Positions 37,760 through 50,640 are shown, counted from the first letter of the stretch. The stretch: DNA of 64,000 bases from Octopus bimaculoides (GCF_001194135.2 NC_068988.1:80750185-80814184); one strand, 5' to 3'. Notes: generated from the letters alone by a model not told the origin. Numbers and translations are program-made.

Positions 37760-38730
37760 TATGTGGGTCAACTGAAAAGCTCATAAGCTTACCAAGATAC
37801 CCACATGGAACGTGACCATATGAGGTTTATTTCTTAATGCATTTTCCCTTGTAACTCACACACTCTTTCCATTGGTGTTGCAGTGCTTCGATACTATTGG
37901 TGAAGAAGTTCTTTTTATCCTGTTAGTCATAAAAGTCATCAACAGAAGATATGACATCATCATTACTGCATTACTGATTCTCAGCCCAGTGTTTTTTCAT
38001 GTTGGGGAACAGATGATGGTCAGATGGGACCAAATGAGAAGAATAGGGTGGATGATCAACCAATTCAAAGCCACAGTCATACACAGCAGCCATTGAAACT
38101 AGGGACTTCTGTGCTGGAGCATTATCCTGATAAAACAAGACCCTTTTCATCAGTTTTCCTGGGTGCTTTGTCTTCATAGCCTTTCATAACTACCTCAGCA
38201 AGTTGGCATTGATTTTGTGACCCTTTTGAAGATAGCCAATAAGCACAATGCCTTTTGCAACCTAAAAAACTGAGGCCATCACCTACCTTGTAGATGAAAG
38301 GGAACCAGCTTGATCTGCCTGAAAGAATGTCAGATTTTTCCTTATGATCAGCCTGGTGTACTTTTGATCAGGTCTCAGATGTGGCACCCACCAAGCAGAA
38401 ACCTTCATCATGTCAAGTAAATCACCTGTCATCCATCATCATGTAGTGAACATGATCAATGTTTTCCTCAGTGGTGGCAGTTGCAGGACATCCAGAATTT
38501 GGGTCATCTTTAAGAGCGTCCCTTCCCCTCCTAAATTCAGCTGCCCGCTTTTGCACTGTTGATAAATGTAACAACCTAATGTAACAACCATGTCAACATG
38601 AATGTCCTTGGAGCCTAAACCTTTTGCTGCAGGTACTTGATAACACCATAATGCCAAATTTTGTTGATTTTCAAGAGAAGTCACCAGTTACTTTTGAAGT
38701 CTTATTTGAACAGTCAGTTGTCAGTTTAGC
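37760..38730 (-). mobile_element. mariner transposase remnant (second subfamily)
   Basis: VLFYQDNAPAQKS...FELVDHPPYSSHLVPSDHHLFPNMKK; N-terminal GLGSKDIHVDMVVTLG. Confidence 0.85.
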
Positions 38731-39444
38731 TGGAAAAAAAACAGTATAGTTATTAATAAGAAGGGTTGAAATTAATGCATGCGAGATTTCACAGCTCTGG
38801 TGTCACTCCTTCATAGTCTGTCTATGAACTTTTCAGCCCATTCTTGTATTGTGTCATTGAAAGACTGTTTAGAAATTTGATTGTCATGTTGAAGATCTAA
38901 GACAAGTATTCCTGACACATTCAACAGTGAGTTCTACCATTTTGTTTACAGTTAAGTAAACTGAAGTATTGGGAATAAAGCAACACAGAGATAACTTTGA
39001 TTATTTTCAATGTTGTCAACATTCTGAAACAGCCACAATGAAGTTAAATGTGGTGATTAGGCAAAAATATTAAGATTAAATAATACTGTTTTCTGACTGA
39101 GCAAGCAACAGAGACAATCTCCAAATGTTTCTGACAAGTTAAGCTTTATCAGCTGAAACATAGATTTCACCATTGCTTGTTTGTACCTTATTGAGAGTAA
39201 AGTATTTTATATATAGACACTGCTAAACTAGTGAAGGTTAGACTCTTCAATAAGCAATATTGCCTGATTAGATGTGGTCACATGTCTTCCATTTTCACAG
39301 CAACACATAGGAAACTTTGCGAAAAGATATCTGTGAGAAATGATTAAGTAAGCATCACTAAATCTTTATATCTTTCTAATTACCATGCTGTTTAAAAAAA
39401 TACCAGAATTGTTTGAAAAACATTAATGTTTTTTGATTTTACAG

Positions 39445-39714
39445 GTTTGAGTGTGTAAAAGTGTATCCATTGCAACATTATGGAGTCTTCACAAAAACAT
39501 TGGGTTCAAGAACTATTTCCCCCTGCATTCCAGTATTCTGAAGATGATTTCAGTCTAATATGTAACCCAAAGTACACATCAAGAATCTCTAGCAAAAGCC
39601 CAGGGATTACTGCAAATGAAATTAAAGACGTCTATCAGAAAGTAGCTGAAATAAATCTTGCAAAGAAAATAGCTGAAGAGAAAAAAGCAGCTGACATTAA
39701 ACAACGAGAAAATG
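39445..39714 (+). CDS. Probable first coding exon of an unidentified host gene (CDS from ATG 39480; MESSQKHWVQELFPPAFQYSEDDFSLICNPKY...KAADIKQREN-)
   Basis: Acceptor ttttgattttacag at 39444; in-frame upstream TAA 39456-39458; Kozak-like context (A at -3, G at +4); 78 open codons of non-repetitive sequence; donor GTAACT at 39715 (alternative CAG/GTAGTG at 39746). Confidence 0.7.
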
Positions 39715-39746
39715 GTAACTTTGCTTTCATATCTTACTTTGTCAGG

Positions 39747-39782
<36 letters not shown>

Positions 39783-40509
39783 AGATAAATACATAGATAG
39801 ATAAATAGATATGCAACAAAGCCTCCATAAATTAGAAACCCCTAAACAAGTATAACCCTTAAACCAGAATTAGATTCCTAATGAAGAGCCATTACACAAT
39901 ATCGATGTATGGAATAATATATACAACAAAATTACCATAAACTAAAAAATTAAGAACTCTTTAAACAAATTTAACCTTACTAGAACTAGAATTTCAATGA
40001 AGGACTATTTAGAACCATGACACAAAAGGTTCACTGACAATGACACATACACAAAAAAGAAAAAAAAAAAACCCCTAAGAGCAAGCACATGAAAACATAT
40101 ACATTCCATCTTCAGCTACTGAACAGATATCATTATAGTTTCAACACCATAAATATCTTAGATATAATAAAATGCAATGTGGTCACACTGATACAGGGAA
40201 ACTAAAACAACAGATAGAGTGAGAGTGAGTAGCAGTCAGAGATACTAAATGCAGGAAAACTGCAGTAAAAGGTTTTGCACTGTTGATGCTGGCATTCTAA
40301 TCAAAATAAACTGCAAATTTTTATCAAATTATATTTATCACTTATATACTCAGGCACAGGAGTGGCTGTGTGGTAAGTAGCTTGCCTACCAACCACATGG
40401 TTCCAGGTTCAGTCCTACTGCACCTTGGGCAAGTATTTTCTACTATAGCCTTGGGCTGACCAAAGCTTTGTAAATGGATTTAGTAGGTGGAAACTGAAAG
40501 AAGCCCGTC

Positions 40510-40543
<34 letters not shown>

Positions 40544-40979
40544 NNNNNNNNNNNNNNNNNNNNNNNNNNNNNNNNNNNNNNNNNNNNNNNNNNNNNNNNN
40601 NNNNNNNNNNNNNNNNNNNNNNNNNNNNNNNNNNNNNNNNNNNNNNNNNNNNNNNNNNNNNNNNNNNNNNNNNNNNNNNNNNNNNNNNNNNNNNNNNNNN
40701 NNNNNNNNNNNNNNNNNNNNNNNNNNNNNNNNNNNNNNNNNNNNNNNNNNNNNNNNNNNNNNNNNNNNNNNNNNNNNNNNNNNNNNNNNNNNNNNNNNNN
40801 NNNNNNNNNNNNNNNNNNNNNNNNNNNNNNNNNNNNNNNNNNNNNNNNNNNNNNNNNNNNNNNNNNNNNNNNNNNNNNNNNNNNNNNNNNNNNNNNNNNN
40901 NNNNNNNTATATATATATATATATATATATATCTCGACGATAAAGAGAGCTCAAAACTGATCCATTGAAAATACTTTAT

Positions 40980-41028
<49 letters not shown>

Positions 41029-41534
41029 TTAATAATAATGAAATTGACCAAATTTTTGGTGTAAAAAAATATATTTAAACATATATATATATATATATAT
41101 ATATAAATATATATAAATATATATACATGTGTGTGTGTGTATATATGTATATGTCAGTGCAGGAGTGGCTATGAGGACAGAAACTTGTTTCCCAACCACA
41201 TGATTCTGGGTTTAGTACCCCTGCGTGGCACATTGTGAGTGGATTTGGTAGCTGGAAACTGAAAGAAGCCCATCATGTCTGTGTGTCTGTGTGTCTGTGT
41301 GTGACCCTTTCTCCATTTACGAAAACCTGTCCTCACAGTAGAATGCCATCCTCCCTGTTGATGAAGATTGTGTTGCATGAACCCTGTGCCAGTGCCATAT
41401 AAAAAGCACTTGTGCTGGTATCATGTGAGAGCAATCATACTGGTGGGCCAATACAAAACACCCAGCACTGCAAGGTAAATATGTATGTTTTAGTTTAATG
41501 TTTAATGTTTGGGAATGTGAGAAAGTGTTTTATG

Positions 41535-42248
41535 GTTGAAGCCTACACTCTTTTGGCTGTCTCCACACGTATACTTGGCCGGTGGTCAGAAATAAGGTAA
41601 AGGATGACTCGTCCAAGAAAATAACATTCTTCCACTGCTCTAGGGACCAATTCTGTAGGTTTCTACTCCACATTAAATGCTTTGCAACATTTGTTTTTGA
41701 AAGTAGTGGTTTTCTGATTGCAACACTCCTAAGAAATCCGGCTTTGTGCAGCTCCCAGCAAACAGCTTTTTGTGGAAACTGGGTTCTCGAGGTGGTCATT
41801 AAGTTCTGCAGTAATTTTGGGAGCTGTACTGTTGTGATCCTTTCTATCAATTTGTACAAGAGTCCGACGGTTCTTATCTGAAAGTTTTGGTTTTCTTCCA
41901 GAGTTTTGTTTTGACGAGGAGGTTTTTCCCTCTTTCTCAAAGGCTGTCATTACTTTCGAGACCGTACTTCTTGATACATCAAACATTTTGGCTGTTTTCG
42001 TTACGCTAGCGCCTGCCATACCAACAATTTGACCTCTTTGAAAGTCTAATAGATCTGTCATTTTAATGAATTTTAATTACTTTTTTCTGATAATATCTGA
42101 AAAGAAACAGCAGTTTTAGCAAAACATTAAGCAACACTAATATTAAATCAAAAAACATAAAGATAAACATGTTTTTGACAGTTTTATAGATATTTCAAAA
42201 TTATGATGCTATGATGCTAGGTGTTTCCATTATTTTGTCCAACACCTG
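41535..42248 (-). mobile_element. Tc1 (DD34E-type) element, 5' half with one TIR
   Basis: DLLDFQRGQIVG..ASVTKTAKMFDVSRSTVSKV...SGRKPKLSD (paired-like HTH), KPLLSKTN...WKNVIFLDESSF; minus-strand TIR CAGGTGTTGGACAAAATAATGGAAACAC next to TA 42249-42250. Confidence 0.9.
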
Positions 42249-42357
42249 TATATTGTATTTCGGGATGGTATTTTTTTTTTTTTAGCCAAATAAACACACA
42301 CTCTATATATTCGTTCTTCACTCGTTTATTATTGTTCTTATTTTAACTCATGTCCAT

Positions 42358-42403
42358 TGTCCAGAAATCTTTCATCACACATCTGTAACCTCTTCAGTGA
42401 CAC
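42358..42403 (-). ncRNA. Minimal type I hammerhead-like motif in the PLE3 terminal repeat
   Basis: Minus strand: TGTCA-CTGAAGA-G-GTTACA GATG TGTGAT-GAAA-GATTTC-TGGACA; stem I has one bulge, stem II closes with G.U. Confidence 0.6.
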
Positions 42404-43552
42404 TTTTCATCTTCGTGTGTGCTCTTGCTCCCCTTACTCCATTTTGCACTTCTATGATGTATATCCTTATGTGCACATGCATTTTCATCCATATTTGTGT
42501 GTGTGTGTCATTGTTCTTAGCAGCAGTATGGCCTTCCTCTCACCCCATTGTGCTGCTGCTGTCCTAAGACCCGAAAATTTGGTACAGTTCCTGTATCTCT
42601 CTGTGTTAGTGTGTTCGTCCATGGTATTGCCATTGTGGTAGTTGTTGTTGTTGTTATTGCCACCGTTGTCACCACCGCTGCTGTTATCATTGTTAGTTGT
42701 GTTGTTGATATTATTGCAGCCATCTGTGAAGTTATCTTGTGTGTGTTTGTGTGTGTATATGAGTTTGCTTCTTATGTTGCTTGTATTTATACCCTTTATA
42801 TAGATTTATTTATTTATCTATTATCTATCTCTATTTCTTATATTTGTCACAGGAATGTGACAAATATATTTATTTATTTTTATATATTTATCTACCTCTG
42901 TTTCTTATATGTATCACAAGTAAGTGCATATATGTCTATTGCGTGTGTATTACCCTGTTTGTATCTATGTTTTATTTATCATCTTCTTTACCTCTCACTT
43001 CTCCTCTCTTCTGTCTTTAGTCATGTGGTGTGGTGTGGTGTGGTGTGGTGGTGGGTGTTATTGTTCCATTCGTGTTTTCTGTCTACTGCTATGTGTGTAG
43101 CCTCTGTGAGCTGTCTTAGTGTCGTGTTAGTTCTATGCATTGATAACACTTTAACCTCTATGCTATTAATTGATCCTCCATGTTCTGCCTGAGCATGTTG
43201 GTAGAGCACTGATGAGCCTTTCTCTTCTTTGTGCTCTCGCCAGTATTACACCTATACGCTCTCCTATGCTGCATGCAGTCTCTGCAATGTAGGTAGTTGT
43301 CATATTTCTGCACCATCCCTCAGTACATCGTAAGCTATACACTATGTTCCTAACTTTACAGTTAACCCGTGAGTTCATCCTACATTCAACACAATTGTTC
43401 TCCATACATGGGGACTTATCAAAGGTGTAGGTTCTACAGATCAGGGATTTTGTAGGAGCACCAGGCCTTTCTACTACTTTAATCTGTAGATTAGCCTTAC
43501 TTAATGTTTTCCTAAAAGGGTATGTTAGTTTGCTGCCAGGGGTAGCATCAAC

Positions 43553-43786
43553 TATGATGCTATGATGCTAGGTGTTTCCATTATTTTGTCCAACCCCTGT
43601 ATATTGTTGTATTTCGGGATGGTTATTTTTTTTTTTTTTAACCAAATAAACAACACACTCTATATATTTGTTCTTCACTCGTTTATTACTGTTTTTATTT
43701 TAATTCATGTCCATTGTCCAGAAATCTTTCATCACACATCTGTAACCTCTTCAGTGACACTTTTCGTCTTCATGTGTGCTCTTGCT
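43553..43786 (-). repeat. Direct copy of 42202-42429 (PLE terminal repeat plus 49 nt of Tc1 end) inserted inside the PLE3 ORF
   Basis: About 230 bp with scattered substitutions and small indels; interrupts the ORF between ..NSWYD and DATPG.. Confidence 0.92.
43715..43760 (-). ncRNA. Second copy of the hammerhead-like motif
   Basis: 46 nt identical to 42358-42403. Confidence 0.6.
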
Positions 43787-45509
43787 GTCATACCAAGAGT
43801 TGGTCTTATCTATTTTGGTCCTTTCTGTGATGTTCTAGGATTTACTCCTGTACAGCGGGCAGATCCTCTTAGCATCACACTTTATGATGGCTTTGTACTT
43901 AGTTCTCATTACTTTGTACACTCTAATCCTGTCCTTTTGATTGTGGCCAGAGAACTGCATGCGGTGGATGAAGTGTTGTATGTCTTCCCAATTCCATAGG
44001 GTCACACATGTGAAAAACATTCTTCATCACTCTCACCAAGCCATCTATAAGAATGTTGAACTTGGCATTGTCTGCAATAGCTGCATTCTTGTGAACAAGG
44101 TACTTAGAGGCCATAGGTTTGGCATATTGAGAGTGAAGGATCTGGACCTTACCGTTCTTCATTTCTAGCCAAAGCTCTGTATCTTAAATGGGTAACCTAT
44201 AGTTAAGGTGCTTACTAGGGTAGTCTATCCTTATTTCAATATTCTGGTGGATGGAGTTCGCTATTAGTTGGATGTTCTCCATAGTGTTAGCTTCTGGATC
44301 ATCAATGTTGTCTTGTAGGGGTGCTTTGGCTACTATGTTGATGTCATCCACATAGCGGGTGTACATGGTTAGGTTTATGGAATTCTCTGCTAATTTCTCT
44401 TTAAGTCTCCTATCCCACCATACCATAAATATGTTAGACACATAGCCAGTGATACTGAACCGATGTCTGCACCTTCCTCATGGGCATATATCTTATTATT
44501 AAACTTAAACATATGATCCTTGTGTGTGGTCTTGGTACTCGCACCCACCTCATGTGCGACCATCTTTTTAACTTGATCATTGTTTTCGGGGGTCCATATA
44601 ACTCTGGTCCATCAATTCCATCTCTCTTTAGGGGTCTTCTTGGTCATAGAAGTTATGGTAGGGGGTCTACCTGTTATCAATCTAGTGGGGCAGAAACAAC
44701 TAAGGCCATGTTTATCTAAGTAATCGTTGTCGCAGGTCAGTCTCAAGAGGAGGCCAAGTTCTTCTGTGTCAATACCATGAAACTCCATATCGCTCTTGCT
44801 GATCACCTCCACACATTTTTTCTCACCAAAATCAACATCAGTGGATGGGTATAGGGACACTACATCCATACTGCCTATTATGCATTCTGTCAGGTCATAT
44901 GCATGGTTGCACTCATTGATTCTGCTGAGGAGGTCCTCTGTGCTGAGACATACATCTGGAGACATTCTTATCAGAGGGTGTATAATCATAGAGTGGAAGT
45001 AGTAGATCCAGTAGTTGTTGGCAACATTGGCTCCACAGACCAGTCACGTCAGTGGTCATCTTATGGTCCTTGTGCAGTCCATACAGTGATGGGATGTTGT
45101 TATTAGTGACCTGGAAGTTGTTGGCCATGGACTTCTTTGCCCTTGGATGTTTAACCACATCATCATATGAGCATTTAGGATCTTCTCTCTCTCCTCATTC
45201 TCCCGTATCCTTGTTTCCCTCATATTGATGATGTGGGGTTGCATCGCCTGGCTGTAGTTAGGTAGGCTGTCTACCAACATTCATATACTCATTCTTTCTT
45301 TCATGTCAGTCATGCACTTGTCCTTCCTCATATTAACGCTCATTTCTTTTTCTAAGTGAAGGTGGACTTATTTCACACATCTTTAAAAAAGTGGTAATTG
45401 TGGACATGAGGTTGATGAGAACACCAGTTTCAACTTTCTGAGAGATATAAACAAACATGCACTTGTGCACACATGCTGGTGTTTATATACACTCATACAT
45501 ATATACATG

Positions 45510-45555
<46 letters not shown>

Positions 45556-45691
45556 CACACACACACACACAAACACACACATACATTCAGGCATTTATAT
45601 GCACCTTGGACAAGTGTCTTCTATAGTCCAGGGCTGACCAAAACCTTGTGAGTAGATTTGGTAGACAGAACCTGAAAGAAGCTTGTTATAA

Positions 45692-46095
45692 GTGCAGGAG
45701 TGGCTGTGTGGTAAGTAGCTTGCTTACCAACCACATGGTTCCGGGTTCAGTCCCACTGCGTGGCACCTTGGGCAGGTGTCTTCGACTATAGCCTTGGGCT
45801 GACCAAAGCCTTGTGAGTGGATTTGGTAGACGGAAACTGAAAGAAGCCCATCGTATATATGTATATGTATATATATGTGTGTGTTTGTGTATCTGTGTTT
45901 ACGTCCCCCAACATCGCTTGACAACCGATTGTGGTGTATTTACATCCCCGTTACTTAGTGGTTTGGCAAAAGAAACCAATAGAATAAGTACTAGGCTTAC
46001 AAAGAATAAGTCCTGGGGTTGATTTGCTCGACTAAAAGGCGGTGCTCCAGCATGGCTGCAGTCAAATGACTGAAGCAAGTAAAAGAGTAAAAGAG
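45692..46095 (+). mobile_element. CORE-type SINE (family A), full length
   Basis: gcaggagtggctgtgtggtaag (A-box-like), gggttcagtccc (B-box-like), CORE-like gcaccttgggca block, internal (TA)(TG) tract, tail to (aaaagagt)n; another long copy at ~61008-61330. Confidence 0.92.
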
Positions 46096-46168
46096 TATAT
46101 TTATGAGTAATAAGTCTGTTTATGTATGTATATACATACATATGTTTGTGTGTGTATGTGTGTGTGTA

Positions 46169-47429
46169 TTGGGTCATCCTATAAATAATGCGTTTTTTAT
46201 CAATTGCACGAAGTAAAAGTCGGATGGGGACAGGATAAACTATCTGCATCAACTTGCAATAAAAGCAGGTAGTAATTTTACCTTTTGCTTATTCTGAGTG
46301 GAAGTTTTGAAGAGTGCAGTTCGATTTAAACAGTTATTTTTCCAAAGCTATAATGGAAGTGACAAAGGAGCATATTCGGCATATTTTGCTTTAGGAGTTC
46401 AATAAAGGCAACACCACAACATAAAATGTGAAGAATATTGATGCAGTATATGGAGATTGGACAATAAGTGTAAGCCAATATCAATGGTAGTTCCAGAAAT
46501 TCCGAGCCAAAAACTATGGCCTAGAAGATCTGTAAGATTTGTAGAGCTCAATAAATATGGAAGATCTGTAGAGCTCAATAAATATGTCCTGCAAACCCTG
46601 GTGGAACAAAATCCCATCATAACTGTTGAGGAACTAGCAGAGAAGTGTGGATTTGGTCATTCAACCATTCATCAACACCTGCATGCCATCAGAAAAGTCA
46701 GAAAATTGGGTCAGTGGGTTCCTCACAAACTTTCCGAGTCTAATCACACACAGTGAGTGAATGTATGCTCTTCTTTGCTGTCATGCCTCACAAATGAACC
46801 TTTGTTTAACCAAATAGTAACTGGTGATGAAAAATGGGTTCTCTATAAAAATGTCAAGCACCAAAGACTGTGGGTAGGGAAAGAAGAAACGCTGGCATTC
46901 CAGGCTAAAAGTTTTCACCCATGTGTTGTTATCTCTTTGGTGGGAAATAAAAGGCTTAGTCGACTTTGAACTTTTAAAAGCAAACCAAATGATAGCAAAG
47001 GAGATCTATTGCAAGCAGCTTGAGCAGCTTAAGTCAGGGCTAGAAGAAAAGTGACCATCTTTGGTTTCAGGACAAAAGATGTTTATCCATCAGGATAATA
47101 CCACATACAGTGAGGATAACATTCCAAAGGCTAGACATATTCGCCAGACATTGCCCCATCTGATTATCATTTATTCCGCAGTGTTCAAAATCATTTGGAC
47201 AGAAAAAAATATGAATTCTGTAGACGACGTCAAAACAGTACTGGAGGAGTTTTTCCATCACGGACAAGTGAATTTTGGAAGAGGAGCCTTGCAAATCTAC
47301 CAGATAGATAGAAGGGCAGTGTAGAAAATGAAGGAGTGTATATTTTAGATTAAAAAGAACTTGGTTTATCTAAAATATTTAAGAATAAAAGAAGTATAAA
47401 AACACCATATTATTTATGGGATGACCCAA
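46169..47429 (+). mobile_element. Full-length decayed mariner element (1261 bp) with TIRs and TA TSD
   Basis: TIR TTGGGTCATCCTATAAATAAT vs ATTATTTATGGGATGACCCAA; TA at 46167-46168 and 47430-47431; WVPHKL and IVTGDEKWVLY motifs; stops and frameshifts. Confidence 0.93.
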
Positions 47430-47434
47430 TATAT

Positions 47435-48325
47435 CATCATCATCATTGTTTCACGTTTGTTGTCCATGGTGGCATGGGCTGGTTGGTTTGACTGAGGTCT
47501 GGAGAGCCAGTGGCTGCGCCAGGCTCCAATCTGATCTGGCAATGTTTCTACAGCTGGATGCCCTTCCTAACGTTAACCATTCCGAGAGTGTAGTGGGTGC
47601 TTTTTACACGCCACTGGCACAAGAGTCAGTCAGGTGGAGCTGGCATTGATCACATTCAGATAGTGCTTTTTACATGCCACCAGCACAGGAACCAGTCAGG
47701 GGGCATTGGCATTCGCCATGTTTGGATGGTGCTTTTTATGTGCCACTGGCACAGGTGTCAGTCAGGCGGCCCTGGCATCGATCATGTTTGGATAGTGCTT
47801 TTTATGTGCCACCAGCATGAGAGTCAGTTGGGGCACTGGCCACAGCTATGATTTTGGCTTTACTTGATTCAACAGGTCTTCTCAATATGACCCATGGTAT
47901 CCTCAGTGGTCACAGCCCATGTCTCACTGCCATGTAGCATAGCCAGTCATTCACAGGCATCATACAATCTGCCTTTCACTCTGAGGAAGAGGCCCTTCGT
48001 TATTAACATAGGTATGAGCTCTCTGAACTTTGCCCAGCCTATTTTCATTCTAGTAGCTATGCTTTTGTAACAACCTCCTCCACTACTAACTTGGTTACCT
48101 AAGTAACAAAAACTGTTTACTACTCCTAAGGATCCCCACTGACATTTGAGAGAGTCTAGTTTTTGTACATTCCTAGTGTTTAATGTACCTGCACATCTGC
48201 CACATGTAAAGACTATTTTCTCTGCTAGTTTTCGAGTGATAGCACTGCATCTCTTATGTGACCATAGCTTGTACTGAATACACCATATGGAGTTTCTCCT
48301 GACACCTTTTCTAAATATCAAGCAG
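47435..48325 (-). mobile_element. RTE LINE 3' fragment (RT tail plus repeated 3' UTR)
   Basis: FTCGRCAG...VVNSFCYLGNQVSSGGGC...WAKFRELIPML..KGLFLRVKGRLYDAC followed by the family C 3' end. Confidence 0.9.
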
Positions 48326-49270
48326 GGCTATCTCCGTGTGTGTGTGTATACACACATACGTATACATAATACATATATGCATACCTCAAAATGGGCAAAA
48401 GAACGAGGGTAATAAGGATGAAATAAGACTGGAGAGTTGGAGAGAATGTCAGGTAGTTGCAGCTAACTGAAACCAGTTAATGTCAGTAATAACTGGTATT
48501 TTGATATCTATATGATGACTAGAACTGTCATTCTAAGTTTTCTCTCCTTATTCACCTTTGGCTAGGTTTAATCAGTAATTAAACAAAAGCTCTAAATGTT
48601 CAAACAATGATGTCAGTTATTCCAAAACAATCACGTAGTTAAAGTTTAGTTGCAATCAAGGTTCAATATCCAGTTTAGCAATTATATTTCACTAATCTCC
48701 AAACAAAAACTTTACCTATTCGACACTGGTCTCATCACCCGTTAACATAAATACCACTCAGTATCTTGTAATTACTAATTACTCAGCTTAACAAATATTT
48801 AATTTATCTCTCAGGTTATTGATCACTGTTTATATCAATGTAACATCACCAATTAAGAGAGCAGAGATAATAAAGATGTACAGTGTACATGAGGCTTTAA
48901 TATTAATCAATTTGATGTTTCAATGTTCATGGTAGTCAGCTTTGTCTTTCATTCTTCCAACCTCAGTAAAATAAATAAGTGTAATAGGAGTAATGTCTAC
49001 AGGCTGATTAATTATCCTTTGTGATAAAGAAATAATTTTATCCCTTGTTGTTGTTGTTGTGCGCATGTGTACACACACACAAGACATTTTGTACAACATC
49101 ACCACTTCTTTTCTTTCTTAATTTATATTATATCTTATAAACAATTGTTTTGTTAGTAACAGGTGCCACTATGAACTGTTCTTGATTCAATATATTTATG
49201 TTTCTGAGTGTTAACTGACAGAATAAACTTCAGAATCACCAGTTTATCTTGTTGATGTTTACATTTTCAT

Positions 49271-49309
<39 letters not shown>

Positions 49310-50249
49310 ATCATCATCATCATCATCATCTAATGTCCATTGTCCATGCGGGCATAAGTTGGACTGTTTGATTGGGCTGGCACACCGGAAGGCTGCACCA
49401 GACTCCAGTCTGATTTGGCATGGTTTTCTATAGCCGGATGCCCTTTCTAACGCCAACCACTCTAAGAGTGTCATAGGTGCTTTTACATGCCACTGGCATG
49501 ACACCAGGCTGCATTTACATGCCACTGGCATGACACCAGGCTGCATTTACGTGCCACTGGCATGGGTGCCAATTTGCATGAAACCGGTATCTGCCATGAC
49601 TGTGATTTTGCTCGGCTTGATGGGTCTTCTTCTCAAGCATGACATAATGCTAAAGGCCTTGGTCATTGCCTCTGTGAGGCCCAACGCTCAAAAAGAACAC
49701 AGTCACCTTGCCTCTATGAGGCCCAACACTCAAAAGGAACTCAGCCACTTTGCCTCCGTGAGGCCCAACATTCAAAAGATGTTCTTTATGTGCCACCAGC
49801 ATGGGTGCACTTGGCTTGACAGGTCTTCTCATGCTCAAAATGGAAGCTTGCAAATCCTGTTTTTTGACTGAGTAAAAATGATCAAACTTTAAACCTCTAT
49901 AACTTTAAAAAAAAAATTTTTTCTGGTGAAAGTGAATTAGTCCCTGAGATTCAGCATGAAAAATTACATCAATACACCAAATTTTAAAATTTCCGTAGGT
50001 TCAACCAAACTGAAAAGATCCGATATATATATAATCAGTAGGGATATAATACCACTTGCTAAAATCAGAGCCAAGGCTCCAAAACCACCATAAAATCTGT
50101 TTTGTAGAGTGTCCACCCTTCTGATTCTAAATTTCATTATATTGTGCGTGTAACAGTGTGAACTTGTTGGCCACTTTATTATTACCTTATTGATACCATT
50201 AATAATGGTAATAATACATCTTTATTTAATATACATACTTATATATATA

Positions 50250-50640
50250 TATATAACAAGTAAAGTTAATCGCCACATTTCTGAACACTATGGCCGGATG
50301 GCAGGAATCTGTGTTAATGTAAGACAACTTCTTGTTTGGTTTCCTAAAGGGCCTATAGGCACCAGATTCCAGGTCCAGAGTCACGTCAAGAAAATCTACC
50401 ATTTTCAGATTAGTCTCTATAGTGACCTACAGTCCAAGGGAGTTCGTGGTGCTTGTGAGGTCCTTTCTGAGCCTATCTAGTGTGTGGCTGTTAACCCCTC
50501 TCTTCCTTAGTTTAGTTGATAGACACTTTCCCCGTACAAATAGATTCAACAAAATATTTAATAGATATACTCTGAGATTATCCCTTAGCTGCACACTTAG
50601 TGTAAAAAAGATTTTAGTAGGTAGGTCCATGCCCAAGGCA
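50250..50640 (+). mobile_element. Penelope-like element 4 fragment (linker between RT and endonuclease)
   Basis: FLSLVDRHFPRTNRFNKIFNRYTLRLSLSC matches the recalled FL.L...HFP.....KIFNR.T...SYSC linker of a PLE subgroup. Confidence 0.65.

Larger units (their letters stand above)
42251..45350 (-). mobile_element. Penelope-like element 3 (near-complete ORF remnant, 3' UTR and terminal repeat)
   Basis: IPSLYGLHKDHK, IIGSMDVVSLYPS (motif A), YTRYVDDINIV (motif C), DATPGS...IKVVERPG linker, NIVYSLRC...TYIAET (GIY-YIG), LYQHAQAEH; long insertion after motif A. Confidence 0.88.

Noticed and set aside
42548-43192. 214-aa hydrophobic ORF as a membrane protein
   Set aside because: Antisense to the PLE3 endonuclease end and its microsatellite-rich 3' UTR; low-complexity composition.
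45692-45770. tRNA genes at SINE heads
   Set aside because: A/B-box-like heads run straight into SINE bodies and give no complete cloverleaf.
46361-47324. SETMAR-like domesticated mariner gene
   Set aside because: Multiple stops and frameshifts, intact TIR/TA context and no SET-domain exon.
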